DNA from: Myxococcales bacterium
Lineage (GTDB): Bacteria; Myxococcota_A; UBA9042; JABWCM01; BTVJ01
Reading direction: 5' to 3'
Assembly: GCA_045863395.1 (NCBI GenBank)
Contig: BTVJ01000023.1
Span: forward strand, 1 to 64,000
Length of the DNA: 64,000 bases
Under the pieces are notes generated by a model, which ran no database searches, was not told the DNA's origin, and saw only the letters and a program-made list of their open reading frames with translations. Positions 10,539 through 19,883 of this stretch are shown one piece after another (position 1 is the stretch's first letter; every line of letters starts with the position of its first letter). The position numbers and the translations under genes are program-made.

Positions 10539-11837
10539 GTGGATGTTCCGTCCCGCATCGTTCTTCCCAATGGCCTCCCCGTCATCGCCGTGGAGCTGCC
10601 GCACCTGCACACCGCGGCGATCACGCTGCTCGTCAAGGTCGGGTCGCGTCACGAGACCCCGGCGACGAACGGCCTCAGCCACTTCCTGGAGCACATGCTG
10701 TTCCGGGGGACGCAGAGCTACGCGACGGCTTACGACCTGAACCACGCCATCGAGTGCCTCGGCTCCACCATGGACGCGGCGACCTCCCGCGACTCCACGG
10801 AGCTCAGCGTGCGCGTGTTCCCCGACGCGGTGGAGCCGTCGCTCGCGCTCCTCGCGGAGATCGTGTCCACGGGGCGCTTCTCCGACATCGAGATCGAGCG
10901 GCGGGTGATCCTCGAGGAGATCGCCGACGAGGAGGACGAGGAGGGGCGCATCGTCGACCTGGACGTGGTCGCCAAGTCCACCTTGTGGCCGACGGCTGCG
11001 CTGGGCTTCCCCATCGCCGGCCCTCCTGCGAACGTCCAGCGCTTTGGCGTCGCGGACCTCGTCGCCCACCGGGATCGCTTCTACGTCGCCACCAACGCGG
11101 TGCTCGCGGTGGCGGGTCCCGTCTCGGCCGCCGAGGTCCACCGCCTGGCGGCCCTCCACCTCGGGTCACTCCCAACCGGGGTCCCCTCCGTCGACGTGTT
11201 GCCTGCGGTCGGCTGCCCGCTCCCGCACCTGAAGGTCGTACAGGACAGCGGCAGCCAGACGGACGTCCAGCTCTGCTTCCTCGCGTTCCCCGAGACGGAC
11301 CCCGACGGGGTGGCCCTCCAGGTGCTGCTCCGCATGTTGGACGACGGCGTGGCCGCCCGCCTCCAGCGCCGGGTGTGCGACGAGCTCGGCCTGGCCTATC
11401 AGATCGGAGCCTCCCTGGAGACCTTCCGCGACACGGGCCTCCTTCTCGTGGAGGGCGCCGTGCGCCACGAGAAGGTGCCCGCGCTCCTGGAGGAGCTGGG
11501 CCGCGTGCTGATGGAGGTGCGCGAGCAGCCCGTGGAGCCCGAGGAGCTGCATCGGGCAAGAGCGCGCACCCGCTTCTCCCTGGCCCAGCGCCTGGACAGC
11601 CCGGAGTCCACGGCGGCCTGGGTGGCCGACGGCGAGCTCCTCGGCAACGGCGAGACCTTCGAGGAGCGCATGCGCCGCGTCGAGCAGGTGACCGCGGCGG
11701 ACGTGCAGCGGGTGGCGCGCCGGGTCCTGCGTCCCGACGGCCTCCTGGTTACAGCCGTGGGGCGCCTGGGCCGGTCGCTGTTCAGCAGGACGCGGGATGC
11801 TCACGCCAAGCTCTGCGCGACCCTCGCCCGTGGGTGA
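10539..11837 (+). CDS. M16 (pitrilysin/insulinase) family zinc peptidase
   Basis: VLPNGL, VKVGSRHE, inverted zinc motif HFLEH, ERRVILEE and GLAYQI. Start approximate. Confidence 0.92.
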   Translation: MDVPSRIVLPNGLPVIAVELPHLHTAAITLLVKVGSRHETPATNGLSHFLEHMLFRGTQSYATAYDLNHAIECLGSTMDAATSRDSTELSVRVFPDAVEPSLALLAEIVSTGRFSDIEIERRVILEEIADEEDEEGRIVDLDVVAKSTLWPTAALGFPIAGPPANVQRFGVADLVAHRDRFYVATNAVLAVAGPVSAAEVHRLAALHLGSLPTGVPSVDVLPAVGCPLPHLKVVQDSGSQTDVQLCFLAFPETDPDGVALQVLLRMLDDGVAARLQRRVCDELGLAYQIGASLETFRDTGLLLVEGAVRHEKVPALLEELGRVLMEVREQPVEPEELHRARARTRFSLAQRLDSPESTAAWVADGELLGNGETFEERMRRVEQVTAADVQRVARRVLRPDGLLVTAVGRLGRSLFSRTRDAHAKLCATLARG

Positions 11838-12181
11838 CCCGCCCCCTCTCCGCGACGCTTGCCTCACCGGGGCGTTCCTGCTTATCATCCGCAAGCGCGG
11901 TCATCCCCGCAGGTCGAGTCGTGTACACTGGCCCATCAGCGGCCTCACGTTCAGGGACGCGTTTGGTAAGGGTTGCGCTTCGTGCGACGTCTTTTGAGCC
12001 ATCCGTGCGCCTCGTGCGTTGCATGGGCGGGGCCCTGCATGAGGACACGGTGGCTGGGGCGACAGGTGGCGGGCAGCGTGGGGCCGCGATGGGGCGCGGA
12101 CGTCGGCAGCCTGCCGGACTCGAGCCAGAGCGCGGCCATTAGGAACGGATTGGTACCCCTGGGATCCGGGAGCAAGGTGGA

Positions 12182-14251
12182 ATGAAGCTCATCTGCGAAA
12201 GCTGTCAGACGCGCTACTCGATCTCCGACGAGAAGGTCCGCGGCAAGAACAAGGTCTTCAAGATCAAGTGCCGGAGCTGCGGCGAGACCATCGTCGTCAA
12301 GGGCCAAGACCCCGACGCGCCCGCCGTTGACGGAGAGGACGACGCGACCACGGTCGCGCCGGCGCCATCGGGCATGGAGCCGGACGAGGCCCTCGACGAC
12401 GGGTGGTACGTGGTCCTGGCGGGCGAGCAGGTCGGCCCGCTGGCCAAGGCGGCGGTGCTGCAGCACCTGGCCCAGGGCGCGCTGGACGGCTCCTCGTTCG
12501 TGTGGCGCCAGGGCTACGACGACTGGCGGAAGCTCTCCGAGGCGGAGGGGCTCAGTCACCTGGTTCCGAGCGCCCCTGCGGTTGCCTCCGCCGAGGACGA
12601 CGCGACCATGATGGACGACCAGCTCCCGGACAACGTCCGCGCGCTGTTCGAGGCGGACCGGGCCTCCCGTGCCTCCAAGGCCGCTGTGCCCGACTCGTCG
12701 GACGGTCCAACCATGGCGCTCGGCCCGGGCGACGACGAGCTGGCGATGACCCGCATGGTCCCCGCGGGGGAGCTGGAGTCTGAGAGCGCGAGCAGGGCGG
12801 AGACCCACCACCCGGTGGCCCAGCCGGCGCAGCCCGCCGAGGCTCAGCCCTTGCGAACGTCCACCGGGCAGATGAAGGCGCGGTCCTTGGAGTCCTTCTT
12901 CGGCGAGGAGGAGCCTGCGGCTCCCCAAGAGGAGCCCGGTGGGTTCTTCGGCCAGGAGCCGAAGGCCGCGGATTCCGGGCCCATGCTGTATCAGCGGCGC
13001 GAGACGAGCGTCCTGTTCTCGCTGAACGAGTTCAAGAAGGACAAGACGAAGGACGCCCCCATGGCGGGGCTTGGCGCGGACACCAAGAGCCAGGACAGCG
13101 GCCTCATCGACGTCCGCGCGGTGGCTCGCAAGGAGACCAAGGCCCGTCAGGCTCGCCAGACCGCCGGGGATCTCTTCGCGGACTTCGGTGGAGGCGCGGC
13201 GGAGACCGAGGCCCCGGTGGAGATGTCCACCCGCCTCGATACGGCCGCTGCGGCGCCGCTGCTCCAGAAGAAGCCCTCCCGGGCGCCCGTCTGGATCGGG
13301 CTGGCCGCGGTGCTGGTGATCGGAGGGGCAGTGGGCGTCTACCTCTACATGAACCAGGAGAAGCCTGCCGCGCCCGCGGCGCAGGCCCAGGTCCAGGCGC
13401 CGGTCGAGCAGGCTCCTGCTGGGACCCAGGAGCCAGCCGCGGACCCGAAGGCGGCGGGCGACCCCAAGCAGGCGGAGCCGGTGGCCGACCCCAAGCAGGC
13501 GGAGCAGGCCGCACAGCCTGAGCCGGAGAAGGCCCCTGAGGTCGTGGCCGCGGCGGACGCCGGTGCCCACGAGGAGGCAGCGAGCGCGGACGCGGGCTCG
13601 GCGTCGGGCGCCGGTGAGGAGGTCGCGAAGGCCGAGGGCACGGGCGATCAGGGCGCTGTGGACCCCGGCGAGAAGCAGCCAGAGAAGACGCCCGCGGAGA
13701 AGGCCGCGGCGGAGAAGGCCGCCAAGGAGCTCGCCGCCAAGAAGGCCGCCGAGGCCAAGAAGAAGGCCGAGGAGAAGGCCATGGCCATGAAGGAGACCCC
13801 GAAGGCTCCCGTGGAGCAGCCCAAGAAGGAAGAGAAGAAGGTCGCCGTGGTCGCGCAGAACACCCAGGGCAACAGCGCCACGGACCTGCTGAACATGGTG
13901 CAGACGCAGCAGAAGAAGGAGACGCCCCCCACGCCGCCCGTGGCAGGGGGCGAGGGAGACGGCGCCCAGACCAAGCTCAGCGCGAGCGTGGTCCGCAAGG
14001 TGATCCGCGAGCACCAGGGCAAGGTCGTCGGCTGCTATCGCACCCACGGGGGAGGTGGCGCGGGCGCGGTCACCATCAACACGTCCATCACGGTCGGCGG
14101 CGATGGCGGCGTCCGCTCGGCGCGCGTCACCACCGGCGAGTATGCGGGCAACGCGGTGGGCTCCTGCATCGTCTCGGCGCTCCGGGGCATGTCCTTCCCG
14201 CGCTTCGCGTCGGACAGCCAGACCATCTCCATCCCGTTCCGCGTCCAGTAG
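12182..14251 (+). CDS. AgmX/GltJ-like protein: zinc ribbon, GYF_2, TM, low-complexity linker and AgmX/PglI (TonB-C-like) C-terminal domain
   Basis: CESC...KIKCRSC zinc ribbon. GYF_2 motif WYV...QVGP...VWRQGYDDW. RETSVLFSL and SGLIDVR motifs. One TM. C-terminal GCY...GSCIV...FP domain. Confidence 0.8.
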   Translation: MKLICESCQTRYSISDEKVRGKNKVFKIKCRSCGETIVVKGQDPDAPAVDGEDDATTVAPAPSGMEPDEALDDGWYVVLAGEQVGPLAKAAVLQHLAQGALDGSSFVWRQGYDDWRKLSEAEGLSHLVPSAPAVASAEDDATMMDDQLPDNVRALFEADRASRASKAAVPDSSDGPTMALGPGDDELAMTRMVPAGELESESASRAETHHPVAQPAQPAEAQPLRTSTGQMKARSLESFFGEEEPAAPQEEPGGFFGQEPKAADSGPMLYQRRETSVLFSLNEFKKDKTKDAPMAGLGADTKSQDSGLIDVRAVARKETKARQARQTAGDLFADFGGGAAETEAPVEMSTRLDTAAAAPLLQKKPSRAPVWIGLAAVLVIGGAVGVYLYMNQEKPAAPAAQAQVQAPVEQAPAGTQEPAADPKAAGDPKQAEPVADPKQAEQAAQPEPEKAPEVVAAADAGAHEEAASADAGSASGAGEEVAKAEGTGDQGAVDPGEKQPEKTPAEKAAAEKAAKELAAKKAAEAKKKAEEKAMAMKETPKAPVEQPKKEEKKVAVVAQNTQGNSATDLLNMVQTQQKKETPPTPPVAGGEGDGAQTKLSASVVRKVIREHQGKVVGCYRTHGGGGAGAVTINTSITVGGDGGVRSARVTTGEYAGNAVGSCIVSALRGMSFPRFASDSQTISIPFRVQ

Positions 14252-14287
14252 GCCCGCACCAACCGGGCCCCTACGCCCTGAGACCTG

Positions 14288-15139
14288 CTACAGCCAGGAC
14301 TGACCATCGCAGACCAGGGTCGCCGGGCCCGTCATGCGCACGTCGCTCCAGTCGGGGGCGAGGCGGATGGCCAGGGACCCGCCTGGGAGGTCCACCCGCA
14401 CGTCGTCGCCCGCCGTGAGCTGGCCGCGGCGCGTGGCGGCGGCGACCGCGGCGCAGGCCCCGGTACCGCAGGCGAGGGTCAGGCCGCAGCCGCGCTCGTA
14501 CACCACCAGCCGCAGGTGCCGGGGGCCGACCACCTCGGCGAAGCCCACGTTGACGCCCTCGGGGAACAGGGGGAGGGCCTGGATCTGCGGCCCCAGGGAC
14601 GCGGCGCGGTCCGGGTCGGCTGAACCGAAGAGGACCGCGTGCGGGTTCCCCATGCTGACGCCGTCCGCCACCAGGGGGGCGCCGCCCTCGGAGAGGGGGA
14701 GGGTCACGCCGGTGGAGGGGCCGTCGCCGGTCATGGGGACGAGGGCGCGGTCCATCATGGGCGGCCCCATGGACACCGACACCATGTCGACGAGGCCGTC
14801 GGCACCCCGGGTCCAGTCGCACACGCGCAAGCCGGCGCCGGTCTGCACCCGCAGCGGGTTGCTCCACACCTCGAGGCGGTCGACCGCGTACTTCACGAAG
14901 CAGCGCAGCCCGTTGCCGCACATCTCCGGCTCCGTGCCGTCGGGGTTGACGATGCGCATGCGGATGTGGGCGTCCTCGCCGGGGCCCGCGTGCTCTGCGA
15001 TCAGCACCCCGTCGGCCCCGATGCCGAAGCGACGGTTACACATGGCAATGGCGGTGGCCCGCGCCAGGGGCCGCTCTCCCCGCCCGTCTACGAGGAGGAA
15101 GTCATTGCCGAGTCCGTGATATTTGGTGAAAGGGATCAT
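14288..15139 (-). CDS. dapF: diaminopimelate epimerase
   Basis: FTKYHGLGNDF, GIGADG, EMCGNGLRC, SMGNPH and ERGCGLTLACGTGA. Confidence 0.97.
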   Translation of the reverse strand: MIPFTKYHGLGNDFLLVDGRGERPLARATAIAMCNRRFGIGADGVLIAEHAGPGEDAHIRMRIVNPDGTEPEMCGNGLRCFVKYAVDRLEVWSNPLRVQTGAGLRVCDWTRGADGLVDMVSVSMGPPMMDRALVPMTGDGPSTGVTLPLSEGGAPLVADGVSMGNPHAVLFGSADPDRAASLGPQIQALPLFPEGVNVGFAEVVGPRHLRLVVYERGCGLTLACGTGACAAVAAATRRGQLTAGDDVRVDLPGGSLAIRLAPDWSDVRMTGPATLVCDGQSWL

Positions 15140-15255
15140 GGGCCCAGGCTACAACCTGCGGGAAGGTCCCGCAACGGCCGCGCGTTGTGGGGGCCTCGGG
15201 CCTGTATGGATGCGGGCTCTGGGAGAGTCGGACCGGGCGAGCGAGGCGGAAGGCG

Positions 15256-16221
15256 ATGCTGGACATCCTCTATGTCATGGACCCCATGGACGGGGTCCTG
15301 GTGGACAAGGACACGACCTTCGTGCTCCAACTGGAGGCGCAGCGACGGGAGCACCGCAACTGGCACTGCCTCCCTCGGGACCTGTCGGTGCTCGACGGTG
15401 TGGCCAGCGCGCGGGTGCGCCCTCTGCGTGTGCGGGACCAGCAGGGCGCCCACTTCGAGCTCGGCGGCATGGAGGAGCGCCCGCTGGCGTCTTTCGACTG
15501 CGTGATGATGCGCAAGGACCCGCCCTTCGACATGGACTACGTGGTCGCCACGTACATCCTCGAGCGGACGCCGCCCTCCACCTTCGTGATGAACCACCCG
15601 CAGGGGCTCCGCGACGCCAACGAGAAGCTCTTCGCGACCCGCTTCCCTGCGCTGATGCCGCCGTCGCTGGTGTCGTCGGACAAGGCCCAGATCCGCGCCT
15701 TCATCGAGGCCCAGGGAGGCGAGGCGGTCATCAAGCCGCTGGACGGCGCGGGAGGGGAGGGGATCTTCTACCTCCACGCCGCCGACCGGAACATGAACGT
15801 GATCATCGAGACCGTCACCGTGCATGGGCGGCGCACGGCCATGGTCCAGCGGTACATCCCGGACATCGTGACGACAGGCGACCGGCGGGTCATCCTGCTC
15901 GACGGGGAGCCCCTCGGCGTGGTCGCCAGGCTCCCGCCGCGGGGGGAGCTCCGGGGCAACATCCATGTTGGGGGGCGGGTGCAGAAGGCGACCGTCACGG
16001 AGCGGGAGCGGGAGATCTGTCACACCCTGGCACCGTCCCTGAGGGAGGTCGGCCTCTGGTTCGTCGGGATCGACGTAATCGGCGGTTTCCTGACCGAGGT
16101 CAACGTGACCAGCCCCACCGGGATCCAGGAGATCAACCGCCTGGATGGTGTCTGCCTGGAGAGGAAGGTCATGGACTTCGTCGAGCGCCACTGCCGCGAT
16201 CTCCGCAGCTATACCCCCTGA
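15256..16221 (+). CDS. gshB: glutathione synthetase
   Basis: VMDP, KDTT, MRKDPPFDMDY, NEKL, KPLDGAGGEGIF, RGNIHVGG and EVNVTSPTG. Confidence 0.96.
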   Translation: MLDILYVMDPMDGVLVDKDTTFVLQLEAQRREHRNWHCLPRDLSVLDGVASARVRPLRVRDQQGAHFELGGMEERPLASFDCVMMRKDPPFDMDYVVATYILERTPPSTFVMNHPQGLRDANEKLFATRFPALMPPSLVSSDKAQIRAFIEAQGGEAVIKPLDGAGGEGIFYLHAADRNMNVIIETVTVHGRRTAMVQRYIPDIVTTGDRRVILLDGEPLGVVARLPPRGELRGNIHVGGRVQKATVTEREREICHTLAPSLREVGLWFVGIDVIGGFLTEVNVTSPTGIQEINRLDGVCLERKVMDFVERHCRDLRSYTP

Positions 16222-16282
16222 CGTCCTGGGCACACGCGGCACGAACTTGACCCCGCGGCTCCGCTGCCCTACCAAGGGCGTC

Positions 16283-16876
16283 GTGCTTCGCCTCGCCCTC
16301 ACCGCTGCACTCCTGGTCCTGCCCCTGCCGGTGACCGCGGGGGACCTCCACGCCGTCGCCCGGCGGGCCTTCTCCTGCCCCCCACTCCTCGGTCTCCCCG
16401 GCGACTCGGGCGTAGAGCCGCGGCGGCCGAAGACCAGGCGACACAGGGTTCCGGCGCTCGGGCTGTCCTTGCGGCTGCCGAAGGGGTGGAGGGCTCCGTC
16501 GGCGCCGACCTCCTTCGCCGCCGAGGCGGAGTCCCCCGATGGGCGGACCACCGCCCGCGCCCTCGTCGAGCGGCTGGATGGCCGGGGGTTGCGCGAGGCG
16601 GTCGCTCTCCACGAGGGGCGCTCCTTCGGCCCCTCCGCAGCCTCGGAGGCGTGCTCGGAGGCGCTGCTCGCGCGCTATGGGTGGGACGCCGGCGACGCCG
16701 CGCTCGGGTTCTACCGCTCCCGGCTGGCGTACAAGGGGCACACCAGCGCCTGGGTCCTCTTCGTCGTTCGGGATGGAGCTCTGGTCACGTTGACGGTCGA
16801 GACCAGGTGGACCGAGCGCCACGGCCCCGACCACGGGGCGGTGGACGCGATCCTCTCCGGGCTGCGGTGGCTGTGA
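16283..16876 (+). CDS. hypothetical secreted protein
   Basis: GTG followed by the signal-like LRLALTAALLVLPLPVTA. Fills the gap before the convergent gene. TTGACC-N17-TACCAA lies upstream. Confidence 0.55.
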   Translation: MLRLALTAALLVLPLPVTAGDLHAVARRAFSCPPLLGLPGDSGVEPRRPKTRRHRVPALGLSLRLPKGWRAPSAPTSFAAEAESPDGRTTARALVERLDGRGLREAVALHEGRSFGPSAASEACSEALLARYGWDAGDAALGFYRSRLAYKGHTSAWVLFVVRDGALVTLTVETRWTERHGPDHGAVDAILSGLRWL

Positions 16877-16877
16877 G

Positions 16878-18104
16878 TCAGGTGAGCAGGCCGCGCGAGC
16901 TGTTGTAGAGCTTGCGGCGGCGCGTGTCCGTCAGCGTCCGCTCCGCCTGGTCGATGCGGACGGTGATGCTGCGGACCGCGCTGCCGGCGTCCGGGTCGCC
17001 GAGGCTGCCTACGGCGTCCCGCAGGCGCTCCAGGCGCCGGCGGACCAGCGTCGCGGCCTGGCGCACCTCCTCGTCGGAGGCGTCATGGGGCACCCCGAGG
17101 AGGCCATAGTGGGAGGCCGTCTCCACCTCCGCCAGCCACGCCAGGGCCACCTGCCTGGGGTCGGCGATGGGCGTCGCCGGTGGCGTCGCCGGTGGCGTCG
17201 CGGAGGGGAGTGGGCGGGGCTCTGGGGTGTTGTCGCGCTGGAGCGGCAGCGCCGCGGTCGGCACCTCCTCGCCCTCCACGAGGTCTGGCGTGCCCCGGCG
17301 CCCGTGGCGGGCGGCGATCCGCGCAGCGATCGCGAGGTCGGCGAGCGCCTCCGTCCACTGGCGGGCTCCACCCGGGTCCTCGGCGGGCTCGAAGCGCGCC
17401 AGGCCGGCCCGATGGAGCGCGAACACCCGGGGGATCACCTGGGCTCCATCCGCGCCGCCCGCCAGGAGCGCGGCGATGGTGGTCGACCCGGCGACGGCGT
17501 CCAGGATCGGGTCGCGCGGGCCGAAGACGGCCCGAAACGCAGCCTCCCGGTCAGCAAGGAGCGGAGTCGCGCGGATCGGGCGTGTGGACCAGCCTTCGAG
17601 CAGCGCCGCCTGCGACTCGACGCTGTCCCTCTGCGCGATGAACCGGAAGAAGGCCCGCTCCGGGTCCAGGTCCATTGCGAGAAGACCGGGGGGAGGGGCG
17701 TCCGTCCTCCACGCCTCCCACACGGCCGGATCCAGCGAGTAGGCGAAGGTCAGCACGTAGCGCGCCAGCGACTGGCGCGTGGCGACCAGGGACACCGACG
17801 TCAGGTGCCCCTGCTCCACGATCACCTCGTCAAAGGGCCGCTTGCGGTCCGTCGCCTCCTTGAAGACACTCTTGACCACCTCCCGCGGCAGGATCCGCTG
17901 GCGCACGAGCCAGGCGGGGAAGGAGTGGCGCAGCGACCCCGAGCGTGCGTACAGGGGCTCGCCGTCGCTCAGAAACAGGGAGACCCGCTCGTCGCCGGCC
18001 GCCAGCGACAGCCTCCCCGTGAAGCGCTCGCAGCGCAGCGACCGCAGCAACGTGAGCAGCTCGTAGCGGGCCAGGGTTCCTGTGAGGTCGGGGGTAGGTT
18101 CCAT
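16878..18104 (-). CDS. DUF4388-like N-terminal domain plus degenerate C-terminal J-like domain
   Basis: N-terminal G-L...LL...FTGRL-L...LFLSDGEPLYARS. C-terminal HYGLLGV...AS...I-QA-RTL-D...RK-Y. The real start is MEPTPD inside the longer listed ORF. Confidence 0.72.
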   Translation of the reverse strand: MEPTPDLTGTLARYELLTLLRSLRCERFTGRLSLAAGDERVSLFLSDGEPLYARSGSLRHSFPAWLVRQRILPREVVKSVFKEATDRKRPFDEVIVEQGHLTSVSLVATRQSLARYVLTFAYSLDPAVWEAWRTDAPPPGLLAMDLDPERAFFRFIAQRDSVESQAALLEGWSTRPIRATPLLADREAAFRAVFGPRDPILDAVAGSTTIAALLAGGADGAQVIPRVFALHRAGLARFEPAEDPGGARQWTEALADLAIAARIAARHGRRGTPDLVEGEEVPTAALPLQRDNTPEPRPLPSATPPATPPATPIADPRQVALAWLAEVETASHYGLLGVPHDASDEEVRQAATLVRRRLERLRDAVGSLGDPDAGSAVRSITVRIDQAERTLTDTRRRKLYNSSRGLLT

Positions 18105-18263
18105 GCAGGTCCGGGGAGCACGAGGCCAGAACGAAGCCGTCAGTATCTGGCTCGGCGCGGGCGTGTCAAGGCGCATGTGGAGGCGACGGCCGGCGCCTTG
18201 ACCACGGGCACGCGGCCCGGGCATGATCGCTCGTCGCTGCTCCCTCCGACGATCCGAGATGCC

Positions 18264-19823
18264 ATGACAGCGGTCCAGCACAGCGGGCAGAGCCTCTACG
18301 ACGACCTGCCCGTCGTCCGGCGGCTCCGGCGTCAGATCCGGGCCTGGTGGAGCATCGAGGTGGCCTTCACCGATGCCAGCGGGTACGTGCTGGACCACGC
18401 ACGCGGTTTCGTGGTTCCGCCCCGAAACGACCTCTGCCGCGCGGAGCTCACGTCCGAGGAGGGCTTTCGGCGCTGCAACCGCTCCGTGGCTACGGCGGTC
18501 CAGGCCACCCTCGCCCAGACGCCCTGCCTGCCGCGCATCATCGAGTGTCACCTGAAGCTGCCGGTGATCGTGGTGCCGTTGGTTCACGAGGAGCGCCCCG
18601 TGGGCGCGCTGTTCGCGGGGGGCTTCCTCGTGGACGACGAGCGCGAGAGGCGGCGGCCAGAGGTCGCAGAGGCCGCGTGGCAGTGGGGGCTGCCCGTTGA
18701 CGTCGACCCGACCGCCTCGTTTCCGGTGATCGCCCGGCGTGACCTGGCGTACCTGCGCGATCTCATGAGCGCAATGGCGGACGAGGTGGCGCCGCGCATG
18801 GCGGAGGCGGCCTCCCAGGGCCCCGAGGAGACCCCGTCCGAGGTCCTCTTCAAGGCGAACATCGTCGGTGGCTCCCGTGTGCTCCGGGAGCTGGGGGACC
18901 GCATCGCGCTGGTGGCCGGCTCCGAGTCCACGGTGCTCGTGACCGGCGAGAATGGCACTGGCAAGGAGCTGGTCGCCCGGGCCATCCACGTGATGAGCCG
19001 CAGACGGGACCGCGCCTTCGTGGTGCAGAACTGCTCGGCGCTGAACGACAACCTGCTGGAGAGCGAGCTGTTCGGCCACGTCCGGGGCTCGTTCACGGGG
19101 GCCGCGCGAGACAAGAAGGGCCTGTTCGAGGTGGCCCACGGCGGCACCTTCTTCCTGGACGAGGTCGGTGACATGACGCTGACCATGCAGGTGAAGATGC
19201 TCCGGGTGATCCAGCACGGGACCTTCACGCCCGTCGGCGACACGGAGACCCGCACCGTCGACGTGCGCGTAGTGGCGGCGACCCACCGGCCGCTGCTGGC
19301 CATGGTGGAGGAGGGGCGCTTCCGGGAGGACCTCTACTACCGGCTCAACGTGATCAACCTGCACCTGCCGCCCCTCCGGGACCGCCGGGAGGACCTGCCG
19401 GCGCTCTGCGACACGTTCCTGGAGAGGGTGGCGCGCAAGGCCCGGTGGCCGGTCAAGCGCCTCGGGCCCGGGGTCATGGAGCGGTTCTGGTCCTACCCGT
19501 GGCCGGGGAACATCCGCGAGCTGGAGAACGAGATCGAGCGCCTCCACGTGCTGAGTGGCGCGAGTGACGTGATCTCTGCCGACCTGGTCAGCGAGCGCAT
19601 CGGCGCCAAGACCCACCCGAACCTGGAGCGCGTGATCGCCGCGCGGGGCTCCCTCGCGGAGTCCGTGACCGCCATGGAGCGGCTGGTCATCGCGGAGGGG
19701 CTCGTCCGGACGCACTGGAACAAGCGGCGATTGGCCGCGGAGCTGGGGATCAGCCGGACGACCCTGTTGAAAAAGATCAAAGGCTTCGGGTTGGAGGGGC
19801 CGGACCCGTCCTTCAGGATGTGA
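18264..19823 (+). CDS. sigma-54-dependent Fis-family transcriptional regulator with a PocR-like sensor domain
   Basis: N-terminal C...C...ECHL...VPL...G-LFAGGF. Then GENGTGKE, ESELFGH-RGSFTGA, FLDEVG, FREDLYYRLNV, WPGNIREL and HTH LGISRTTL. Confidence 0.92.
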   Translation: MTAVQHSGQSLYDDLPVVRRLRRQIRAWWSIEVAFTDASGYVLDHARGFVVPPRNDLCRAELTSEEGFRRCNRSVATAVQATLAQTPCLPRIIECHLKLPVIVVPLVHEERPVGALFAGGFLVDDERERRRPEVAEAAWQWGLPVDVDPTASFPVIARRDLAYLRDLMSAMADEVAPRMAEAASQGPEETPSEVLFKANIVGGSRVLRELGDRIALVAGSESTVLVTGENGTGKELVARAIHVMSRRRDRAFVVQNCSALNDNLLESELFGHVRGSFTGAARDKKGLFEVAHGGTFFLDEVGDMTLTMQVKMLRVIQHGTFTPVGDTETRTVDVRVVAATHRPLLAMVEEGRFREDLYYRLNVINLHLPPLRDRREDLPALCDTFLERVARKARWPVKRLGPGVMERFWSYPWPGNIRELENEIERLHVLSGASDVISADLVSERIGAKTHPNLERVIAARGSLAESVTAMERLVIAEGLVRTHWNKRRLAAELGISRTTLLKKIKGFGLEGPDPSFRM

Positions 19824-19883
19824 GCGGAAGCCTCGCGCGGGCCTGGGACGTTGCAGCGCGGTGGGGGCAAGGAGAGTGAGCAC

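Noticed and set aside
11929..11944. sigma54 promoter upstream of the AgmX-like gene (TGG-N10-GC)
   Set aside because: Lacks the TGGCAC and TTGC context. This spacing is frequent by chance at this GC content.
17173..17201. 12-nt tandem repeat GTCGCCGGTGGC
   Set aside because: An in-frame Pro/Ala/Thr linker repeat (ATPP), which is ordinary low-complexity coding sequence.
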